Part shown: in pieces, positions 7,565 through 12,437 of the stretch
Numbering within the stretch: position 1 is the stretch's first letter
How the letters are laid out: every line of letters starts with the position of its first letter
Assembly: GCA_048938855.1 (NCBI GenBank)
Contig: JBHLLT010000008.1
Span: forward strand, 112,908-125,344
Direction: 5' to 3'
DNA from: Promethearchaeota archaeon
GTDB lineage: Archaea > Asgardarchaeota > Lokiarchaeia > Sigyniarchaeales > SOKP01
Length of the DNA stretch: 12,437 nt
Notes under the pieces: generated by a model
Told to the model about the DNA's origin: nothing
The model's database searches: none
The model's input: the letters and a program-made list of their open reading frames with translations, nothing else
Made by a program: the position numbers and the translations under genes

Positions 7565-9004
7565 TTGATAGGTATAAAAAGTTATGGAGCTTATTTGCCT
7601 AGGTATCTATTGCCAAGAGAGTTAATCGCAAAGGCTTGGGAATTTCCAATTGTTCCTGGTACAAAAGCTGTTGCTCAGAACGATGAAGATTCCATAACAA
7701 TGAGTGTGGAAGCTGGTTTGGATGCCTTAAGTGGGTTTGATCCTAAAACTATTGATGGATTGTTCTTTGCCTCAACGACTCAAGTATATTCAGAGAAAGA
7801 TTCTGCTTCTTTAATTGCAACTGTATTAGATATGAGACAAGATATTATCACAGCTGACTTTACTGATTCTTTAAAAGCCGGTACAACTGCGGTAGCACGA
7901 GCAGTTGATACAATAAAAGCTAATAAAGATATTAAAAGTATACTTATAGTTGCGGCAGATACGCGAGCTCCGGAACCATCTACCATGTGGGAATATGGAT
8001 ATGCTGATGGTGCGGCTGCGTTGCTTATAGCAGAAGAAGAAAATCTGCCTTTATCTATAGATGATTATTACTCGGTTTCTGCGAATGTTACTGGACCTTG
8101 GAAAAGGGTTGATAAGGACAAATTTATTAGGACTTTTGAAGCCAAGATGGACACTAAATTCTACTTTGATAACATCACAAAAGTTATGGCTGAAATATTA
8201 AAAAGAAACAGTTTGAAACCGGAAGAAATTAGTGCAGCTGCATATTATTATAACAATCCTAGATTACATGGAAAAGTTTCAAAAATAATGAAATTTGCTG
8301 GAGGAGTTGCTCAAAATAGTGTATTCTTTCAACTTGGCGATTTAGGAACACCAATGCCTTTTATTCTTCTAATTGGCGCATTAAGAAGACCCAAACCTGA
8401 AGCAAAGATAATTATGGCGGGATTTGGCGATGGTGCAGATGCAATATTAATGCAAGTTCGCGATAGAGACGCTCTTAGGAATCTTGGAAAGACAAGAATG
8501 GGTCTTTTATCTCATCAAAAATCTATGAAAACTCTGAATAACTACAATAAATTTCTAGACTTCAAAGAAATTCTTGAAAAGGATAGATACAAAAGAAAAA
8601 GTTCTCCTGTAACAATCTGGCGTGATACTGCGTCAATCTATAAGTGGTATGGTGTTAAGTGTAAGAACTGTGGAACAATTCAATATCCCGATATGTTACG
8701 ATCTTGTTATGTTTGTAGAGCAGATGATCAACTTGAACGAGTTAAACTTTCGCTAAAAGGAAAAATATTTACTTATACATTAGATCATTTAGTAGGTGGA
8801 TCTTACTTGGATATACCAGTACCTAGATGTGTGATTGATTTAGATGGTGGAGGAAGAGTACTATTAAACATGACAGAAATTGAAAAACCTGAAGAAAATG
8901 TTCATATTGGTATGGATGTTGAATTAACATTCAGAAAGGAACATGAAGGTGCTGAATTTAAAAATTATTATTGGAAATGTCGACCCGTAAGGGGGAGACC
9001 ATAA
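7565..9004 (+). CDS. Fusion of a non-catalytic HMG-CoA synthase/KAS III-fold domain and a DUF35 (Zn-ribbon + OB-fold) domain
   Basis: N-terminus GIKSYGAYLPRY..DEDSITMSVEA..DGAAALLI..GFGDGADA is HMGCS-like. C-terminus KCKNCG..CYVC, GKIFTYT, DLDGGGR, IGMDVELTFRK, YYWKCRP is DUF35. TTG start with a purine-rich upstream run. Confidence 0.9.
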   Translation: MIGIKSYGAYLPRYLLPRELIAKAWEFPIVPGTKAVAQNDEDSITMSVEAGLDALSGFDPKTIDGLFFASTTQVYSEKDSASLIATVLDMRQDIITADFTDSLKAGTTAVARAVDTIKANKDIKSILIVAADTRAPEPSTMWEYGYADGAAALLIAEEENLPLSIDDYYSVSANVTGPWKRVDKDKFIRTFEAKMDTKFYFDNITKVMAEILKRNSLKPEEISAAAYYYNNPRLHGKVSKIMKFAGGVAQNSVFFQLGDLGTPMPFILLIGALRRPKPEAKIIMAGFGDGADAILMQVRDRDALRNLGKTRMGLLSHQKSMKTLNNYNKFLDFKEILEKDRYKRKSSPVTIWRDTASIYKWYGVKCKNCGTIQYPDMLRSCYVCRADDQLERVKLSLKGKIFTYTLDHLVGGSYLDIPVPRCVIDLDGGGRVLLNMTEIEKPEENVHIGMDVELTFRKEHEGAEFKNYYWKCRPVRGRP

Positions 9005-9011
9005 AGGAGGT
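9005..9011 (+). promoter_or_regulatory. Shine-Dalgarno sequence for thiolase
   Basis: AGGAGGT 9 nt upstream of ATG 9021, in the 16-nt intergenic gap. Confidence 0.8.
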
Positions 9012-9020
9012 TGATAAAAA

Positions 9021-10208
9021 ATGGGAAGAAAAGGAATAAAAGATAAAGTGGCGATTATTGGATGTGATATGACAAAATATGGGGAGCGTTGGGATAAAAA
9101 TCAATACGATTTATTGTTTGAAGCAGTTCAAAGCGCGACAAAAGATGCAGGAATTACTAAAGATGATATTGATGCTACTTGGGTTGGAATATTCTACTAC
9201 TTCACCGGACTATCTGGAGCCGTAACTGAAGATATTTTAAGACTTGATGGAAAACCAGCTACAAGGGTTGAAAATTTTTGTGCTAGTGGAATGGATGCTT
9301 TTAGAAATGCTTCATTTGCTATAGCATCGGGAGCTTATGATATTGTCCTTGCTTGCGGTGTAGAAAAGTTGATGGATGAAGGAGGAAGCGGTCTTCCAGG
9401 ATTTACGATTTTTGGTCATCCTTTATATCCAACTCCTTCTGCTCCAGCAATGTTTTCTATGGCTGCAACAAGAAGTTTTCATGAATACGGTTGGACTAAA
9501 GAAGATTTAGCAAGAGTAGCGGTTAAAAATCATGATAATGGTGCTGATCATCCAAAAGCTCATTTTAGGAGCAGAATAACGATTGATCAAGCTATGAAAG
9601 CACCGATGATTGCTGATCCACTTGGACGTTTTGATTGTTGTGCTATGAGTGATGGCGCTGCTGCTCTTATTTTAACGAGACCAGAATTAGCTGAAAGTTA
9701 TGCTCATGCAGATGATTATGTCTTGGTCAAAGCTAATGCTATTTCATGTAGGACTAACTTTCCATGGTATATACCACCTAACGGTCCTGGAGCAGATTTC
9801 ACTAGTTTCCCAGCAACTGTTAAAGCTGCCGAATATGCCTATAAAGAAGCGGGTATTACAAATCCTCGAAAAGAAATTGATGCTGCTGAAGTTCACGACT
9901 GTTTCACAATTACAGAATTAATAAACTGCCAAGATTTACAATTCTGCGATCGTGGTCAAGCCGCTGAAGAATTAAAAAATGGTACTTTTAATTGGGATGG
10001 AGAAACTGCGGTAAATCCTTCTGGTGGATTAAAATCATTTGGTCACCCAATAGGATCTACTGGTTGTAGAATGTTAACAGAAATTACAAAACAACTTCAA
10101 GGGAGAGCAGAAGGACGACAAGTTCCAGATGCTAAGATTGGACTCTGTCATAACTTAGGTGGAGCTTTTAGTGTTTGTTCTACCACGATTTTAAGTCAAA
10201 GAGGATAA
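9021..10208 (+). CDS. Thiolase (acetyl-CoA acetyltransferase), SCP2/archaeal type
   Basis: VENFCASG (nucleophile Cys87), GVEK, AVKNH, SDGAAA, EVHDCFT, NPSGGLKSFGHPIGSTG, HNLGG. Confidence 0.95.
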   Translation: MGRKGIKDKVAIIGCDMTKYGERWDKNQYDLLFEAVQSATKDAGITKDDIDATWVGIFYYFTGLSGAVTEDILRLDGKPATRVENFCASGMDAFRNASFAIASGAYDIVLACGVEKLMDEGGSGLPGFTIFGHPLYPTPSAPAMFSMAATRSFHEYGWTKEDLARVAVKNHDNGADHPKAHFRSRITIDQAMKAPMIADPLGRFDCCAMSDGAAALILTRPELAESYAHADDYVLVKANAISCRTNFPWYIPPNGPGADFTSFPATVKAAEYAYKEAGITNPRKEIDAAEVHDCFTITELINCQDLQFCDRGQAAEELKNGTFNWDGETAVNPSGGLKSFGHPIGSTGCRMLTEITKQLQGRAEGRQVPDAKIGLCHNLGGAFSVCSTTILSQRG

Positions 10209-10209
10209 C

Positions 10210-10246
10210 TTTTTGATTTTTCTTTTTTTTTCTTTTGTTTTTATTT
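10210..10246 (+). terminator. Long oligo-T terminator of the fusion/thiolase operon
   Basis: TTTTTGATTTTTCTTTTTTTTTCTTTTGTTTTTATTT directly after the thiolase stop. Confidence 0.75.
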
Positions 10247-10332
10247 AAAATCTTTAAATCTAGTTTGTCGATTAGACAGAATAGATCTGTACAGAATAAT
10301 TTCTACATCTAAATTCAAATGTTTAAATTAAT

Positions 10333-10341
10333 AAAAAAAAA
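10333..10341 (-). terminator. Oligo-T terminator after mscL
   Basis: A9 on + (T9 on -) about 20 nt downstream of the mscL stop. Confidence 0.5.
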
Positions 10342-10360
10342 TTTTTGATAGAAAAATAAA

Positions 10361-10735
10361 CTATTCTATTCCTACTTTAGCAGCATATTTTACTATTATG
10401 AAGATTATAAATGCTATAATTATAAAGTTAAGGAATGCTGCTATAAAATTACCGATTCCAAACACACCTAACTTAATACTACTGATATCTTCAAAGCCAG
10501 GAACGAAAATGCCAATAATGGGTGTTATAATATCTTGTGCTAATGATAGAATCAAAGCATTGACAGCTAAGCCTATAATAAATGCCGCTGCCAGTCCAAG
10601 AATTTTATATTTTTTTATAAACTGTAAAAATTCTGCGGCAAGATTTTTTGGTTTCTTTGGTTCTGGTTCTGGTTTTGGAGTTAATAATTCACGAATTTTC
10701 CTTAATTCTTCTAACAATTCATTTTCTTTTGACAT
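10361..10735 (-). CDS. mscL: Large-conductance mechanosensitive channel MscL (archaeal type, atypical topology)
   Basis: S1 helix EFLQFIKKY, TM1 LGLAAAFIIGLAVNALILSLAQDIITPII, TM2 GNFIAAFLNFIIIAFIIFIIVK. ATG 10735 (MSKENELL) is preferred over the 10786 start in the track, whose extension looks like intergenic A/T runs. Confidence 0.92.
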   Translation of the reverse strand: MSKENELLEELRKIRELLTPKPEPEPKKPKNLAAEFLQFIKKYKILGLAAAFIIGLAVNALILSLAQDIITPIIGIFVPGFEDISSIKLGVFGIGNFIAAFLNFIIIAFIIFIIVKYAAKVGIE

Positions 10736-10839
10736 TGTTTTCTCTCTCAATTTTTTTTTAAAAAAGTGTAAAAAATTAGAGTTCAAAAGTATATAAAACT
10801 TATCATAATTTTTTAGAAAGAATATATTAAATACATTCT

Positions 10840-11475
10840 TTAAATGAACAAATCCATGATATCATATAATTCAATTAATTTCTCAACTGTAAGGTTAGCT
10901 TCAGCTTTTAAATCATCTAATGATTTACCAATCAAAATTCTCTGTTCTTTCCAGAAAAGGGTATAAATTAATCCAAGATACTTTCCGTAAACCAAGATAC
11001 CCCCTTCAAAATCAGAATTTTTATCAATAGTTAATGCTCCAAATGTATTTTCTTCATCATAATCAGTTAAAAACTCTATTAAAGAACTATAAAATTTAGA
11101 ACTTAAAAAAGATCTGTCAGAAACACTAGCAACTTTATGTTCAAATCCTCTTCCTGCTCTCCGAGGTACTTTTAAATGATAAAATCTTATATCATCCTTT
11201 AACTCATTTATTCGATTTCGTGCAGTTTCAAGTAATTGCTCATTTAGAGAAATTTCTTCCTCATCTCCAATGTCATCTATTTTTTGAGAGCCTCTATGTT
11301 TACCATTGTTATCAATAAATGCGATAAAAGGAGGACAGCTTGAATTATCTGAATGATTTTTTATTAATACCGTGAAAAGACCACTTTTTTTCTCATAATC
11401 TATTTGCTTTCTGAAACTTTCTTTACAATACGGACAAATCATATTGATTAATGCTGAATCTTCAGTAAAAGTCAT
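10840..11475 (-). CDS. Hypothetical protein with N-terminal putative Zn-binding domain
   Basis: 211-aa ORF; CPYC...GLFTVLIKNH..CPPFIAFIDNNGKHRGSQKID N-terminal module, acidic linker, alpha/beta C-terminal domain. Confidence 0.75.
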   Translation of the reverse strand: MTFTEDSALINMICPYCKESFRKQIDYEKKSGLFTVLIKNHSDNSSCPPFIAFIDNNGKHRGSQKIDDIGDEEEISLNEQLLETARNRINELKDDIRFYHLKVPRRAGRGFEHKVASVSDRSFLSSKFYSSLIEFLTDYDEENTFGALTIDKNSDFEGGILVYGKYLGLIYTLFWKEQRILIGKSLDDLKAEANLTVEKLIELYDIMDLFI

Positions 11476-11547
11476 GTCTTCTCTAAACCATAATCTAGTA
11501 GGAATTTTTAAATGTTAGTAAAACCAAAAATAGATTTTTTAGAATAA

Positions 11548-11570
11548 ATAAGGTAAAATTTATACCTTAT
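11548..11570. promoter_or_regulatory. Inverted repeat in divergent promoter region (candidate operator)
   Basis: ATAAGGTA-AAATTTA-TACCTTAT: perfect 8-bp arms with a 7-nt spacer, overlapping a TTTATA box. Confidence 0.5.
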
Positions 11571-11610
11571 ATTCAAAAATTATTTAATTTTAAATTAATT
11601 TCATTAACTT

Positions 11611-12437
11611 ATGAGTAATAAGGGTTTTAATAAATTCCAAGGGGACGTAAAAACTCAGAATGTGAAATATCTTGCCGATCCTCAACTCAGAAATATAGTA
11701 AATGTGTCAATTGCTCTCGGACGTCCATTATTAGTTAAGGGAGAGCCCGGAACTGGAAAAACTATGCTTGCCCATGCTATTGCTGAAAGTCTAGGTAAAA
11801 GATTGATAATCTGGAATATAAAAAGTACAACCGAAGCCATAGACGGCTGTTATATGTATGATACAGTTCAAAGATTGAATGACAGTAGGTTTGGTTGTGA
11901 GGATCGAAATGTTAACAACATTCATGATTATATCACGCTTGGTCCTTTAGGTGAGGCGTTTGTATCTGAAGAACAAGTTGTTATATTATTAGATGAAATT
12001 GATAAAGCAGATATAGAATTCCCAAATGATTTATTGCAAGAATTAGATGTAATGGAATTTTACATAAAAGAAACCAAAGAGTTCGTAAAAGCTAAAACCA
12101 GACCAATTGTAGTAATAACATCTAATAATGAAAAAGAACTCCCTGATGCATTTTTAAGACGCTGTGTATTTCATTGGATAGAATTTCCTTCTAAAAGTTT
12201 TATGGGAGAAATATGTAAATTACATTATCCAGACCTAAAAGAAAATCTCTTAAGTCAGTGTTTACAACATTTTTATGCTTTAAGAGCTATTACAAAATTA
12301 AGAAAAATGCCATCAACTTCTGAACTCCTTGATTGGATTGGTGTATTATTAAAAAGCGGTATATCTCTCGAAGAACTGAAGAAAGAAATTCCATTCTTAG
12401 GGGTTTTAATCAAAAAGGAAAAGGATTTTGAAATTGC
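11611..12437 (+). CDS. MoxR-family AAA+ ATPase; partial, 3' end runs off the window
   Basis: Not in the ORF track; translated from ATG 11611: MSNKGFNKFQG...RPLLVKGEPGTGKT (Walker A)...YDTVQRLNDS...VILLDEIDKADIEFPNDLL (Walker B)...ITSNNEKELPDAFLRRC...PSTSELLDW. No stop before 12437. Confidence 0.95.
   Translation, partial: MSNKGFNKFQGDVKTQNVKYLADPQLRNIVNVSIALGRPLLVKGEPGTGKTMLAHAIAESLGKRLIIWNIKSTTEAIDGCYMYDTVQRLNDSRFGCEDRNVNNIHDYITLGPLGEAFVSEEQVVILLDEIDKADIEFPNDLLQELDVMEFYIKETKEFVKAKTRPIVVITSNNEKELPDAFLRRCVFHWIEFPSKSFMGEICKLHYPDLKENLLSQCLQHFYALRAITKLRKMPSTSELLDWIGVLLKSGISLEELKKEIPFLGVLIKKEKDFEI

Noticed and set aside
7780-7986. 68-aa - strand ORF
   Set aside because: Antisense shadow of the HMGCS-fold/DUF35 gene.
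7565-9004. Calling this a mevalonate-pathway HMG-CoA synthase
   Set aside because: The catalytic Glu, Cys and His appear absent and the protein carries a fused DUF35.
9700-9921. 73-aa alternative-frame ORF inside the thiolase
   Set aside because: Fully nested in a well-conserved intact gene; no frameshift signal seen.
10276-10298. ACAGAATA direct repeat with TCTGTACAGA palindrome between convergent genes
   Set aside because: Too short for a CRISPR or mobile-element remnant, only two copies, and lies in a terminator region.
10648-10678. Short TTCTGG-type tandem repeat
   Set aside because: Simply encodes the PKPEPEPKKPK linker of MscL.
10736-10786. N-terminal extension of MscL in the ORF track
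   Set aside because: Non-ATG start, and the sequence is made of A/T homopolymer runs typical of intergenic DNA; ATG 10735 is preferred.
10398-10796. 132-aa + strand ORF
   Set aside because: Antisense of mscL; its Ile/Asn/Lys-rich composition is the expected mirror of a hydrophobic membrane-protein gene.

Overview
AT-rich (roughly 30% GC by eye), gene-dense window with archaeal-style signals (TATA-like boxes, oligo-T terminators, GGAGG before internal operon genes). Gene content suggests an Asgard archaeon, probably Lokiarchaeia; this is an inference from protein families. In order it holds: a truncated mandelate-racemase-family enzyme (-), a uDENN/longin-like protein with a C-terminal beta-sandwich followed by a GNAT (+), iorAB (+), a hotdog thioesterase and a tyrosine phenol-lyase-type PLP enzyme (-), a catalytically dead HMG-CoA-synthase-fold/DUF35 fusion plus an SCP2-type thiolase (+), an MscL channel (-), a Zn-ribbon hypothetical protein (-) and a truncated MoxR AAA+ ATPase (+). 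I saw no RNA genes, CRISPR arrays or mobile elements. The best leads are: (1) an apparently circularly permuted MscL with its cytoplasmic bundle helix moved to the N-terminus; (2) a PhlA-PhlB-like fusion plus thiolase, divergent from a probable phenol-producing lyase in an aromatic-metabolism neighbourhood; (3) the DENN/longin-like protein; (4) a Phe/Trp-rich short upstream ORF overlapping the lyase start.
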